64,000 nt of DNA from a virus. The first letter of the stretch is position 1. Each line of letters opens with the position of its first letter. Under the pieces are notes generated by a model. The model was given only the letters and a program-made list of their open reading frames with translations. It did no database searches and had not been told where the DNA came from. The position numbers and the translations under genes were made by a program. Shown in pieces: positions 19,863 through 29,754 of this stretch. The stretch lies in the IMG/VR virus record IMGVR_UViG_3300037657_000053, positions 25,024-89,023 of that record. One strand, written 5' to 3'.

Positions 19863-19902
19863 AAGACGATTCGCCTTGTGAGTTCGTGTCCGATAATCAG
19901 GT

Positions 19903-21414
19903 ATGGTCAAGATGAAGCTACCTGACCCGCTCGTCGCCGTGATCGATTCACGAATATGGCTTCCGCCCGGGTTGCCCCGTCCGTTCGAGAACGCGGTGAA
20001 GAATCGGTTCACGCACAAGAACCCCGACTTCTTCCGAGCTCGGAATATGGGTTTCGCGACTTGGGGGATCGACTCGAAGATCTCGACGTGGGAGATGAGA
20101 ACCGATCGGCTAGGCGAACGACTAACGATTCCGAGGGGTGGAACGAGAGCTCTTCGGGAATTGTGTGAGTCGTTTGGGATTAGATTGAAGTGGTTGGATC
20201 GGCGGACTATCGCCCCGACCGACTTTCCCTTCTTCAAGGTTCACCCCGATCGCCCGTATGAGCTTCGGGACTATCAAGCCGAGGGGGTGGCGGTCTCCCT
20301 CGAGAAGCAGCAAGGGATCGTGAGAAGTCCGACCGGCTCGGGAAAGACGACTTCGGCTCTCGCTCTCATCTTCGAGGCGCAAGAACGAGCTCTCGTGATC
20401 ATGCGAGACCGAAACCTTCTCAAACAATGGCGAGCCGACGTGAAGAGCTCGCTCGGTCTCACGAACAAAGAGATCGGGCATATCATGAGCGGGCGTAAAT
20501 ACTTCCCCGGTCGGAAGATCGTTCTTGCGCTTCAACAGACCCTCTTCGCTCGGATCGATGAATGTCTCGAGATCTTTCGAGACGACCCCTTCGGCATCGT
20601 CGTGATCGACGAGGTTCAACTTCTCGCGGCGAAGACTTTCATCACGGTCGTTGACGCGATCCCGGCGAAGATGCGAATCGGCTTCTCGGCCGATGAGCGG
20701 CGGAAGGATGGGAAGGAATTTCTGATCTATGACTACATGGGCGAGGTGATTCACGAGACCGAGCGGAAGAAGCTCGAATCTCTTCAAGTGATCCATCCCG
20801 TGACGATTCGCGTCGTTGAGAGCGACTTTCGCGCCGATTGGTATCGCGATGCGGAAGCGAACGAGCGAGACTTCGGGAAGCTTCTCGAAGAAATGACCGA
20901 CAATCACCAGAGGAACTTCTTGATTCTCGAGACTATTCGGGGAATGTTCCTCGCTGGTGAGGTTCCCGTTCTCGTCTTCACTTCTCGGCGGGAACATGCT
21001 CACGAGCTCGCTGTAGACTACCTCACGCCGAACGGGCTCGAGACAGGGATTCTCATCGGGGGAACCGGGAAGGACGCGGAACGCTTCGAGCTCGACAAGG
21101 CGGCTCTTCTCTCAGAGAAGCTTCACGTCGGAATCGGCACCTTCCAAGCGATTGGAGTGGGCCACAATATTCCGGTTCTGAGAGCCGGCCTTTGTTCGAC
21201 GCCGGTCTCGAAGCATAACCCACAATTTTTCGGCCAAGTGAGGGGAAGGTTTTGCCGAACCTCGAAGGCTACCGGGAAAACAGAGGCTTTTTTGTATTAT
21301 ATCTGGGATCGCGAGATCTTTCCCGATCATCTCCGTTTTCTCGAACGGCACAATAGAGGGCGAGTGCAACTCTTTCGGGGCGGCGAGTGGATTTCGCTCT
21401 CTTCCGTCCGATAA
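19903..21414 (+). CDS. Superfamily 2 (DEAD/UvsW-like) helicase
   Basis: LRDYQ, SPTGSGKT, VVIDEVQ, GFSA, QVRGRFCR. Confidence 0.9.
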   Translation: MVKMKLPDPLVAVIDSRIWLPPGLPRPFENAVKNRFTHKNPDFFRARNMGFATWGIDSKISTWEMRTDRLGERLTIPRGGTRALRELCESFGIRLKWLDRRTIAPTDFPFFKVHPDRPYELRDYQAEGVAVSLEKQQGIVRSPTGSGKTTSALALIFEAQERALVIMRDRNLLKQWRADVKSSLGLTNKEIGHIMSGRKYFPGRKIVLALQQTLFARIDECLEIFRDDPFGIVVIDEVQLLAAKTFITVVDAIPAKMRIGFSADERRKDGKEFLIYDYMGEVIHETERKKLESLQVIHPVTIRVVESDFRADWYRDAEANERDFGKLLEEMTDNHQRNFLILETIRGMFLAGEVPVLVFTSRREHAHELAVDYLTPNGLETGILIGGTGKDAERFELDKAALLSEKLHVGIGTFQAIGVGHNIPVLRAGLCSTPVSKHNPQFFGQVRGRFCRTSKATGKTEAFLYYIWDREIFPDHLRFLERHNRGRVQLFRGGEWISLSSVR

Positions 21415-21441
21415 TCATGACAAGAGTCGAAACGAGGCAAC

Positions 21442-21828
21442 GTGCGACAACGTAAGGTGACAACAGGAACTCCTCTTCTTGGCTCTCAGACGGCCGGGGC
21501 GGAGCCTCGAGTTACGACAACATCTTCGGTCATGACCGGCCGTGAGATCGATTCTAGGCCCCTTCCTGACTTCGAGGTTCGGGAAGGCGATCGGCTCACC
21601 GTGCTATACAACGGAGCAAAGTTACAAGTCGCCCCGTTCTCGTTGGTTGAGCTTGATGCGGGGATCTATTCCCGAAGTCTTCAACCGGGCGACGACGCGG
21701 CCGAACAATGGGATCGCGTTCATGGCTTCCTCGAAAGGAAGTGTCTCGAGAGAGCTCGTGCGAAGCTTCAGGCTTACGCGGAAGAGCTCGCCGAAGCAAA
21801 GGCTATTGCTGCCGGTAAGCACCGATGA
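21442..21828 (+). CDS. Hypothetical protein
   Basis: ORF after a GTCCGATAATC motif, RBS GAGG. Confidence 0.55.
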   Translation: MRQRKVTTGTPLLGSQTAGAEPRVTTTSSVMTGREIDSRPLPDFEVREGDRLTVLYNGAKLQVAPFSLVELDAGIYSRSLQPGDDAAEQWDRVHGFLERKCLERARAKLQAYAEELAEAKAIAAGKHR

Positions 21829-22412
21829 TCTCGAGGAAGAAAATCAAACCGGGAACCGCGTCGGTCGTTGCGGTAGTCTTGGAAACCCGGGTTTCCAAAC
21901 CATTACAACTCGGTTTTCAACTCGACGATCTCAGAGAGAACAGGAAGAAGGCGGCGTTTGTTGATGCCTTCTTGAACCACGGGCAGGGGAAGAGACCGAC
22001 GAAGGGTAAGGTCGGGAGGGCGAAGGCGACCCCAATCGAGCTCGCCGTCGCCGAAGCGAAGAGGCGATCTCGTGAGGGCGATTGGTCGGGAGCGAAGGGG
22101 AAGGTATTTGTTGGTTTGTATGCTCTTTGCCATGAGATAGTTTATGGCGACGTTCCTCTTGAGCTCACCGAGAATCAAGAGCTCACGATCGGGGCCCGTA
22201 TGGTGAACCGAGTTCTTCACGACTTCTTCGATGATGATCCCGACGCTCTTGTCGAGTTCATAAAATGGTCGTGGGAAGCCGAGAAGAGGAAAGAGTCGTG
22301 GGCTCTTCGCAACGGGATTAGTCGTCAACGAATGAGAGTGAGACTTCAATTCTCTGCTCGCTTGGTTCAAGATTATCGGACCGAAAAACAGAGAAGTGGA
22401 CGTCGAAGGTGA
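21825..22412 (+). CDS. Hypothetical protein (possible replication accessory)
   Basis: ATGA overlap; directly upstream of DnaB; contains a 16-bp palindrome in frame. Confidence 0.55.
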   Translation: MISRKKIKPGTASVVAVVLETRVSKPLQLGFQLDDLRENRKKAAFVDAFLNHGQGKRPTKGKVGRAKATPIELAVAEAKRRSREGDWSGAKGKVFVGLYALCHEIVYGDVPLELTENQELTIGARMVNRVLHDFFDDDPDALVEFIKWSWEAEKRKESWALRNGISRQRMRVRLQFSARLVQDYRTEKQRSGRRR

Positions 22413-22451
22413 ACTCAATCGTAAGAGTAAAGAGCGGAAAAGGTTGGTCTC

Positions 22452-23867
22452 ATGTCCGATAAAGATATCAAGGCTGAGTTCATATATGATAGTGCAAATG
22501 AGATAATTGTGATCCAAGCCGCGAAGGGCGACGCGAAGAAGCGGAAAGAGCTCGTTCATCGAATCGCCGCCGACGAGTTTTTTGTTCCGAACCACGGGCC
22601 GATCTGGCGAGCTCTTCGGGCGATGAGCGATCGAAACCTTGAGCTCACTCCCGACGTCGCGCGTCAACTTATTCTCAAAGAAGGTGGAACCGAAGAAGTC
22701 GTAAGCTACTTCGACGCGATCGCGGCTCGAGAGGTTCCGAACCTCGATTTTCATCTCTCGACTCTCCAGTGGGATGCCACGAGAGCTCGGGTGCTCAAGT
22801 CGGGTGCTCCTAAGCTTCTCGCGTCGCTTCAAGACCCTCACGCTTCGCAGGGCGATGTGATGTGTTTCGCTCGTTCTCTCGCTCGTTCTCTCGAGGGCGG
22901 CGACCGTCGATTTATGCACCGGCCTCCTGAGCTTTATCGCAGCTATCGAGCCGAGCGATCGGCCCGTAGAGTGAAGCGGAACGTCTTCCCTCTTGGGCAT
23001 GAAGATTTCGATCGGAATCTCTCAGAGGGGTTCATGCCCGGGAGAACGACCGTCTCAGCGGGGCTTTCGGGGGCTGGGAAGTCGACGGTTTGGATCGCCT
23101 TTGCGGTCATGCTCGCGAAGCTCGGGCGGCGCGTTCTGTGGTGCTGTTGGGAGATGGACGCTCACTCTGTTCTCGACGTTGCGACTTCGCACATGACCGG
23201 AATTGATCTCACTGCCAATATTCAGGGTAATACGACCGATGAGGAAGAAACGAGACTTGACAAGGCGACGGCTTGGATTCTTCGTCGAATCGTTTTCATG
23301 GCGAATCCCTTCTATGCAATCGAAGAGAGCGCGAAACCGTCAAATGCTCGGAACCTTGACGTTCTTGAGGGATATATCACCGAGTCGGGTTGTGATGTGG
23401 CGATCTATGATCTTTGGGAAAGGATGCTCGCCTATTCCAAGCCTGACGACGTGACGAAGGCTCTCTATAGAATGCAAGCGATGCACCGGGAATATTCGGT
23501 TCACGGTGTGATCATTCAACAATTGCATTTGAAGGACGTCGAGAACCGAGCCGACAAGCGACCGACGAGAGCGGCGATCAAGGGTGTCGGTTCATATGTC
23601 GAGGTTGCGGATCTGATCATCGGCATTCATAGAGAAGGTCAATTCAAGAACGTTCAAGATAACACGATCGAAACCATTTGTTTGAAGCAACGTAAGGGGC
23701 GCCCAAATTGGGCGGTCAGGTGGGATTGGGATGGGCCGACTTGTTTCGTTGGTAACCCAAGAGAAGTGTCTTATGATCCAGGTCTCGAAAATTCGGCCGA
23801 GATCGGAGATATCGGGAGCATTCAAACGAAGAAGAGTCGTCAACAAGTCGGGAGAAGAGATCAATGA
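22452..23867 (+). CDS. dnaB: Replicative DNA helicase, DnaB family
   Basis: FFVPNHGPIW N-terminus, GLSGAGKST Walker A, RPTRAAIKGVGSYVEVADLI, KQRKG. Confidence 0.85.
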   Translation: MSDKDIKAEFIYDSANEIIVIQAAKGDAKKRKELVHRIAADEFFVPNHGPIWRALRAMSDRNLELTPDVARQLILKEGGTEEVVSYFDAIAAREVPNLDFHLSTLQWDATRARVLKSGAPKLLASLQDPHASQGDVMCFARSLARSLEGGDRRFMHRPPELYRSYRAERSARRVKRNVFPLGHEDFDRNLSEGFMPGRTTVSAGLSGAGKSTVWIAFAVMLAKLGRRVLWCCWEMDAHSVLDVATSHMTGIDLTANIQGNTTDEEETRLDKATAWILRRIVFMANPFYAIEESAKPSNARNLDVLEGYITESGCDVAIYDLWERMLAYSKPDDVTKALYRMQAMHREYSVHGVIIQQLHLKDVENRADKRPTRAAIKGVGSYVEVADLIIGIHREGQFKNVQDNTIETICLKQRKGRPNWAVRWDWDGPTCFVGNPREVSYDPGLENSAEIGDIGSIQTKKSRQQVGRRDQ

Positions 23868-24028
23868 GCGATTTTCAAAAGAGGATCGTGAGGAATAGTT
23901 ACAATCGGCTTGAATTGTTATTGAAAGCGGTTCGAGACAAGAATGAAAGAGCCCGCCTTCTCGAACAACTCAAAGAGGAACGAGCGATTGTCGATGCGAG
24001 CTTGAAAGTCGATGTTCCCTCAAATTGA
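23864..24028 (+). CDS. Small coiled-coil protein (54 aa, not in ORF track)
   Basis: MSDFQKRIVRNSYNRLELLL...; fills the gap between DnaB and primase with overlaps at both ends. Confidence 0.55.
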   Translation: MSDFQKRIVRNSYNRLELLLKAVRDKNERARLLEQLKEERAIVDASLKVDVPSN

Positions 24029-24995
24029 TATCGAGACTTTCCTTCGGAACCTCGGGCTCGTTGCCCGATACGTTCCTTCGGCGCGAAAGTGGATCGCGGC
24101 TTGTCCGAATCCGGCTCATCGGGGCGACACCCCGAAAGACAAATGGGAGCAATGGATATTTCGGCAAGGTGTGATCGCTTCGTGGTCGATCAACGATCGG
24201 CCGGGCGAGCGGGGGCACGGCTCGCACCATTGCCATAGCTGCAAGTTCGGCGGTGGCCCGTGGGAATTGGCGGCGATGGTTTGGGGTTGCACTCTTGAGG
24301 AAGCCGGGAAGAAGATCGGCGAGTTCTTTCGTCGCCCGATGTCTCTCGAGGTTCCTCGGGTCACGATCCGAACCTCTCAAGAGAAGAAGGTCTTCGAGCT
24401 TCCTTCGGGGGTTGTGATCCCCGGGCCCGGGGGTCGGTGGTTCGGGCCTGCTCTTCGTTATCTCGAGAGCCGGGGGATTACTCGTGAACAAGCCGACAGA
24501 TGGGGGCTTGGCTACGCGGTAAAGGGGCGACTCGTGAATCGAGTCATTTTCCCCGTTTGGACGGAAGGCGAACTCAGAACCTACTCGGCTCGGGCGATCG
24601 CCCCTGGGATGAAGCGGTATGATGCCGGGCTCGAGAAGCTCGGGGCGCAACCGAAGCGGGCTCTCTTCGGTGAGCATCTTTTCGACCGGTCGATCGGGAT
24701 CGTCACGGTTGCGGAAGGTTGCCCCTCGACTCTCGCTCTCGAACGGGCCGGGGCTCCGAATCCGGCCGGTATGCTCGGGAGCTACCTCACCCCCGACCGA
24801 GCTCGAATGTTGTCGTCCTTCCCGGCCGTTCTCATCGCGACCGATCCCGACGCGGCCGGCGAGAAGGTCGCTCAATGGATAGACGTTCTTTCGCGGCGCG
24901 CGGAGGTCCGTCGGATTTCGCTCGAGCTCGCCCCCGACGATACGCCCCCGGCAGAGCTCTATCGTAAAGTGCAATCCGTTCTTGACACTTTGTAA
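24012..24995 (+). CDS. DNA primase (zinc finger + TOPRIM)
   Basis: CPNPAH...HCHSC zinc motif, YLESRGI, RVIFPV, VAEG, DPDAAG. Confidence 0.85.
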   Translation: MFPQIDIETFLRNLGLVARYVPSARKWIAACPNPAHRGDTPKDKWEQWIFRQGVIASWSINDRPGERGHGSHHCHSCKFGGGPWELAAMVWGCTLEEAGKKIGEFFRRPMSLEVPRVTIRTSQEKKVFELPSGVVIPGPGGRWFGPALRYLESRGITREQADRWGLGYAVKGRLVNRVIFPVWTEGELRTYSARAIAPGMKRYDAGLEKLGAQPKRALFGEHLFDRSIGIVTVAEGCPSTLALERAGAPNPAGMLGSYLTPDRARMLSSFPAVLIATDPDAAGEKVAQWIDVLSRRAEVRRISLELAPDDTPPAELYRKVQSVLDTL

Positions 24996-25016
24996 GTTAC
25001 GAGAGATTCTTTTTTC

Positions 25017-25457
25017 ATGAAAACTTTAGAAGAGCGGTTTTGGTCATATGTTGCGAAGGGGAACGAAGAAGAATGTTGGGAGTGGCGAGGGGCTTTGAAA
25101 AAAAACGGATATGGTGTGTTGACTGTAAATCATCGTCAAGTGTTGGTTCATCGTCTTTCTTATGAGTTACATAACGGCGATATTGGCGATTTGTGCGTAT
25201 GTCATTCTTGCGACAATCCGAAATGTGTGAATCCGAATCATCTCTTTCTCGGCACTCATCAAGAGAATATGGACGATAAGGTTGAAAAGGGTAGGGTTTC
25301 AAGGGGCGAAGATTTGCCTCAGACGAAGCTAACCGTTGAAGATGTTCTTTTTATTCGCGAATCGGCAGAATCACTTCGGGCTCTTTCAAAGCGATTTGGA
25401 GTTTCGTATCAGGCGATCTCGCTCATACGGAATCGAAAGACGTGGAATCATGTATGA
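25017..25457 (+). CDS. HNH homing endonuclease with C-terminal HTH
   Basis: CWEW, HRLSY, CHSCDNPKCVNPNHL, GTHQENMDD; AT-richer than flanks. Confidence 0.9.
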   Translation: MKTLEERFWSYVAKGNEEECWEWRGALKKNGYGVLTVNHRQVLVHRLSYELHNGDIGDLCVCHSCDNPKCVNPNHLFLGTHQENMDDKVEKGRVSRGEDLPQTKLTVEDVLFIRESAESLRALSKRFGVSYQAISLIRNRKTWNHV

Positions 25458-25490
25458 TTTCCGCCCCATGCAACTTTTTTCAAAAAGCTC

Positions 25491-25530
25491 TTGACTCTTT
25501 GTGAGGGCACCCCGTATAACTGAATCATCG
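25491..25530 (+). promoter_or_regulatory. Sigma70-type promoter, divergent member of the early cassette family
   Basis: TTGACT-18 bp-TATAAC followed by TGAATCATC, matching the cassette tail AGAATCATC. Confidence 0.6.
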
Positions 25531-25587
25531 GGTCGGCGATCGGCTCGAAGGGTCAAACCCTCAAGGCTCGGAACGAAAGGTGAAACC

Positions 25588-27609
25588 ATGTCAACTGTCC
25601 CCGCTACTGCTGAAGATCTTCTCGCCGGTCTCAATGCCGAGCAGAGAGAAGTCGTCGAGTTTTTCACAGGGGCCGCTCTCGTCGTCGCGGTTGCGGGTTC
25701 GGGCAAGACCCGCGCTCTCGTTCATCGGATCGCTTATCTGATTAGAGAGCGCAATGTGAATCCCGGCGAGATTCTTGCGGTCACCTTCTCGAAGAAGGCG
25801 GCCGAAGAGATGAACGAGCGGCTCCGGTCGCTCGGGGTCTACGATTGCCGAGTTGGAACGTGGCATTCGTTGTGCTGGGAGATCATTCGGAAAGAATGCC
25901 CGGAGTATCAAACTGAATGGGAGCTCGACACGAAGGATCGATTCCGCGTCGTCGTCAAGACCGCTATCGGTTGGCAGGGGATGAAGTGGCAGGGTGCCGA
26001 TCTGCAAACGATTCTTTCCTTCATCGGGATTTGTAAGAGTCGGCTCGCCGAACCGGGAACCCCCGAAGCCTTCGCGATCGCTCAAGAGCTCTTCGACTCG
26101 AACCCGTGCGGGAAGAACGATCCGCACCTTCTGAGCGAAGCCTATTTCAGATCTCAAGAGGGGGCCGAGCAACGTCGGATCTTGACCTTCGACGATATGC
26201 TCGTGATCGCCTATCGCCTTCTGTGCGACGAAGATGTGAGGCTTCGTTGGTCCGGTCGCTTCAATTTCATGCTTCAAGACGAGGCGCAAGACGAGAACAT
26301 GGCTCAGGTCGCGATTGCTGAGAAGCTCGCTCGCGATCACGGGAACTATATGTGCGTTGGCGATCCGGCTCAGTCGATCTATGGGTTCCGTGGTTCCGTT
26401 CCCTCGAAGCTTCTCGCCTTCGAGATCGAATGGAACGCTCGCGTGATCCGAATGAGTAAAAATTACCGTTCGGTGGACGCGATTCTCGGCGCGGCGAATG
26501 GGGTGATCCGGGCGATGGACCCGACGACTCATCTCGGGGTCATGATGGAGGGCTGTAGGGGCGACACGACTGAGATCAACGTGATCGAGCTCGAAGATAT
26601 GGACGAAGAGGGGCGGGCGATTGTTGACGAAATGAAGGCTCGTCATGAGTCGGGCGCCGAGTGGTGCGATATGGCCGTTCTCTATCGCACGAACGCACAA
26701 TCTCGTGGTCCGGAAGAATTTCTCATTGCTAACCGCGTTCCCTATGTGGTGATCGGCGGGACGAATTTCTACAACCGGAAAGAGGTCAAAGACCTTCTTT
26801 CTTATCTTCGCGTCGCGGCCGACCGTGCGAATGAAGCCGACTTCAAGCGGTGCATCAATACTCCCTTCAGATATCTCGGGAAAGCCACCGTCGATCATTT
26901 CGTTGGGGATCGTCGTCCCCGCGAGAATTGGACGGCTTCGGTTCGCCGCGTCGCCGATTCGGGTCGTGGGATTCAGTACCGACAGAAGACGGCCGCCTAT
27001 GAGTGGGCCGGTCTCATTGACTCGATCGCTCAGTCGATGATGATCCGTGAAAAGGCGCGTCTCGACTTCGAGACCCGTCTCATTCTCGAAGACTCCGAAC
27101 CCGATGCGGTTCGCCCACGCATCCGAGATCACCTTCCCGCCGCGATTCTTGAGAGGGTGATCAAAGAGACTGACTTCGTGAAGTATCTCACTCGAGACGA
27201 GGGCGCCGAGACGGTCGAGAATAACCGCGTGAGTAACGTTCGCGAGCTCGTGCGGGCCGCCGAACGGTTCACGACGGTACATGAGCTTCTCGACTATATC
27301 GACGAGACCGTTCGGGCGGCAGAAGAGGCGTCGAAGGATCACGACGCGAACCGCGTAACGCTCTGCTCGCTTCATAGGTCGAAGGGTCTCGAGTGGAAGT
27401 CGGTTTGGATCGTCGGTGCGAACGAGAAGATTCTGCCTCACGGTCGCGCGACTGATATCGAGGAAGAGCGCCGCCTTTTTTATGTTGGCGTGACTCGCGC
27501 TATGAATGAACTTACCATCTCTCGGGTAAGAATTGCGGCATTCGGTGCGCGAGTGATCGGGCTCGAACCGTCTCGCTTCCTTGCCGAAGCCGGTCTCGAG
27601 GTGCTTTAG
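25588..27609 (+). CDS. uvrD: UvrD/PcrA SF1 helicase
   Basis: LNAEQ, AVAGSGKT, DEAQD, VGDPAQSIYGFRG, NYRS, SKGLEW, EERRLFYVGVTRA; ATG 25588 with RBS AAAGGTG. Confidence 0.95.
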   Translation: MSTVPATAEDLLAGLNAEQREVVEFFTGAALVVAVAGSGKTRALVHRIAYLIRERNVNPGEILAVTFSKKAAEEMNERLRSLGVYDCRVGTWHSLCWEIIRKECPEYQTEWELDTKDRFRVVVKTAIGWQGMKWQGADLQTILSFIGICKSRLAEPGTPEAFAIAQELFDSNPCGKNDPHLLSEAYFRSQEGAEQRRILTFDDMLVIAYRLLCDEDVRLRWSGRFNFMLQDEAQDENMAQVAIAEKLARDHGNYMCVGDPAQSIYGFRGSVPSKLLAFEIEWNARVIRMSKNYRSVDAILGAANGVIRAMDPTTHLGVMMEGCRGDTTEINVIELEDMDEEGRAIVDEMKARHESGAEWCDMAVLYRTNAQSRGPEEFLIANRVPYVVIGGTNFYNRKEVKDLLSYLRVAADRANEADFKRCINTPFRYLGKATVDHFVGDRRPRENWTASVRRVADSGRGIQYRQKTAAYEWAGLIDSIAQSMMIREKARLDFETRLILEDSEPDAVRPRIRDHLPAAILERVIKETDFVKYLTRDEGAETVENNRVSNVRELVRAAERFTTVHELLDYIDETVRAAEEASKDHDANRVTLCSLHRSKGLEWKSVWIVGANEKILPHGRATDIEEERRLFYVGVTRAMNELTISRVRIAAFGARVIGLEPSRFLAEAGLEVL

Positions 27610-28205
27610 TGGGTCGCTTTGAATCCGACCTTCTCGGGCTCCGTTCTGGTGAGCTCTCTTTCGAGATCTTCACCAGGCGGAACCGGGAACGGTTCGCGAA
27701 GTGGGCATCCTATTTCATTGACCGTTACCGTCCACATGGGCTCGATATCGACGATCTCGTTCAAGACGGGTTGATCGAGGCATGGCGAGCCGTCGACGGT
27801 TGGGAAGAAAGACTCGGAGTTTCGATTCAACGCCGAGTCGAATACAAGGTCGGTGAGCGTATGGATCGAGAGGTGAAGCGAGCTCTCGGGTGGCCGCGAC
27901 GCGACCGAGACAAGCCGGCTCAACAAGTTTTCGCTCCTATGGCGATCGAATGTGCTGTTTCGTCAGCGATAGGAGTCGAGAAGAGGATCGAGCTCGCCGC
28001 CGTCGTTTCAACGCTTTCGTGTCCTCTTGAACGCGACGTAACGATCGGGATTGGGATGGGGGCTTCGATTCGGGCGGTTGCTGCGTATCTCTATTCTGAC
28101 CCCAGAAAACGACTGTGGTACGAATTCGATTCGGGAGATCATGCCGTTCGATGCGTTCGGGCGGCCGTCAAAAAGGTAACGAAAACGTTGGAGAAAGCAC
28201 CATAG
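27609..28205 (+). CDS. Phage sigma70-family factor
   Basis: Region 2-like LDIDDLVQDGLIEAWRAVDGW; degenerate region 4-like LERDVTIG...SIRAVAAYL. Confidence 0.65.
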   Translation: MGRFESDLLGLRSGELSFEIFTRRNRERFAKWASYFIDRYRPHGLDIDDLVQDGLIEAWRAVDGWEERLGVSIQRRVEYKVGERMDREVKRALGWPRRDRDKPAQQVFAPMAIECAVSSAIGVEKRIELAAVVSTLSCPLERDVTIGIGMGASIRAVAAYLYSDPRKRLWYEFDSGDHAVRCVRAAVKKVTKTLEKAP

Positions 28206-28336
28206 GCCGATCGATCTGGTTTGGAAACCCGGGTTTCCAAGAAGAAAAAAGTTGACGGTCTCATAAAAAAGTTGAAAGCTAGTCCGATAATCATAAGGAA
28301 GCCGAAAGGGCGAAAGCCCGGGGAGAGAGAAAAAAA

Positions 28337-29677
28337 ATGCCTCTGAAGAATGAAGACGTCGAAATCAACGCCGATGCGATCATGTCGGTCGCCGGAACCC
28401 TCGAGATCGAGCTTTCGAGCAACGATCCCGACACCATCGTCGACGAGATGAGGGCGGCCTTTGCCATTCGTCTCGAGGGGATTCCAGAGGATCAATGGGT
28501 CAAGTGCGAAGTGTGCGGCGAGGTGACGGACAACGATCCTCGGATCACCTTCTGTCCCTTCTGCGGCGATGAGGGCGAAGAGGAGCTCGAGGTGGAGGGC
28601 GAGGAAGACGAGGAAGATGAGGGAGACGAAGTGATCGACGGTGCCGATTACGATGATTCCCCCGACCCCGAGGAAGCTCCGACCGTGGATCTCGACGCCG
28701 ATGATCCGATCCAGGTCGAGATTCCCGAGGCGCCCACCGAGAAGGCGTCTTCCGAGCCCGAGAAGGCCACGAGTGGTGGCAAGGGTGGCAAGGGTGGCAA
28801 GGGTGGCAAGGGTGGCAAGGGTGGCAAGGCCACGGCGAAGGGCAAGAACGAACTCCCTGCCGACAAGCCTCCGACGAAGCAGGGTGCTCCTGCGAAGAAG
28901 CGGGGTGCTCCGAAGAAGGACGCTGAGAACGAGACGGCGATCATCCCTGACGAGAAGCGGGCCGAAATGCTCGCCGAGCTCACGACCGAGAAAAAGAAGA
29001 TCGAGGAGGGGCAAAAGTCGATGCTCACCTCGGGCTATGATCTCGGCGAGAGCTTGCGACGGGTATATACGGGAGAACTCTGGAGAGCGGAGGGCCATAA
29101 GGACTGGCGGGTTTTCTGCGCGTCGATCGGGATCTCCCATACGCTCGCCTACAACCTCATGAAGATTGTCGATCAATTCTCGAGAGACGACTTCATGAAG
29201 GTCGGACAGAAGAAGCTTTCGCTCATCGCTCGAGCCGAGCCCGAGGATCAGCCGGCTCTGCTCGAAGAGGCGAAGAAGGGGAAGTCTGCTCGACAGATCG
29301 ACGCCGAGGTGAAGGCGGGCAAGGGCAAGGGCAAGGGCAAGGGCAAGGGCAAGGGCAAGGGTGAGGCGCCGAATCCGAAGGGAGTCGAGGGCGGTAGCGT
29401 CGGACGCCCGAAGATCGAGGATCAGACGATCACTCTTCTCGGCAAGGTCGGAGGCAAGGCGAAGACCTATGCTTTCCGGTCGCGGAAGGATTCTTCGGAA
29501 GTGGCCGAGTGGGCCCCCGACACCTACGTCGAGATCCCGATTTCCGAGACGGTCGTTCAATATATCGTGTTGAAGACCGACAAGACCGGAAAGCCGGTCG
29601 GGCTAACGACCGCATTCCGCAAGGTCGAGCCGGGCGAGAAGTCGACCGAGAACCCCGCCGAAGATTCCGTCGAGTAG
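28337..29677 (+). CDS. Zn-ribbon / low-complexity protein with ParB-like HTH DNA-binding region
   Basis: CEVC-CPFC, acidic tract, (GGK)6, GISHTLAYNLMKI HTH-like, LSLIARAEPEDQPALLEEAKKGKSARQIDAEVK, (GK)7. Confidence 0.6.
   Translation: MPLKNEDVEINADAIMSVAGTLEIELSSNDPDTIVDEMRAAFAIRLEGIPEDQWVKCEVCGEVTDNDPRITFCPFCGDEGEEELEVEGEEDEEDEGDEVIDGADYDDSPDPEEAPTVDLDADDPIQVEIPEAPTEKASSEPEKATSGGKGGKGGKGGKGGKGGKATAKGKNELPADKPPTKQGAPAKKRGAPKKDAENETAIIPDEKRAEMLAELTTEKKKIEEGQKSMLTSGYDLGESLRRVYTGELWRAEGHKDWRVFCASIGISHTLAYNLMKIVDQFSRDDFMKVGQKKLSLIARAEPEDQPALLEEAKKGKSARQIDAEVKAGKGKGKGKGKGKGKGEAPNPKGVEGGSVGRPKIEDQTITLLGKVGGKAKTYAFRSRKDSSEVAEWAPDTYVEIPISETVVQYIVLKTDKTGKPVGLTTAFRKVEPGEKSTENPAEDSVE
28775..28828 (+). 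repeat. Tandem repeat (GGTGGCAAG)x6
   Basis: Read directly; encodes GGK repeats. Confidence 0.95.
29318..29359 (+). repeat. Tandem repeat (GGCAAG)x7
   Basis: Read directly; encodes GK repeats. Confidence 0.95.
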
Positions 29678-29754
29678 TCTCTTCTCTTCTCTTCACTTCT
29701 CTTCTGAAATCTTCACACTTTGACCGATAATCAAAGGGAACGAAAGGTTTTCCT

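Noticed and set aside
25591-27441. Long minus-strand ORFs (also 38846-40366, 28139-29560, 21903-23000)
   Set aside because: Antisense shadows of well-supported plus-strand genes, with no recognisable motifs
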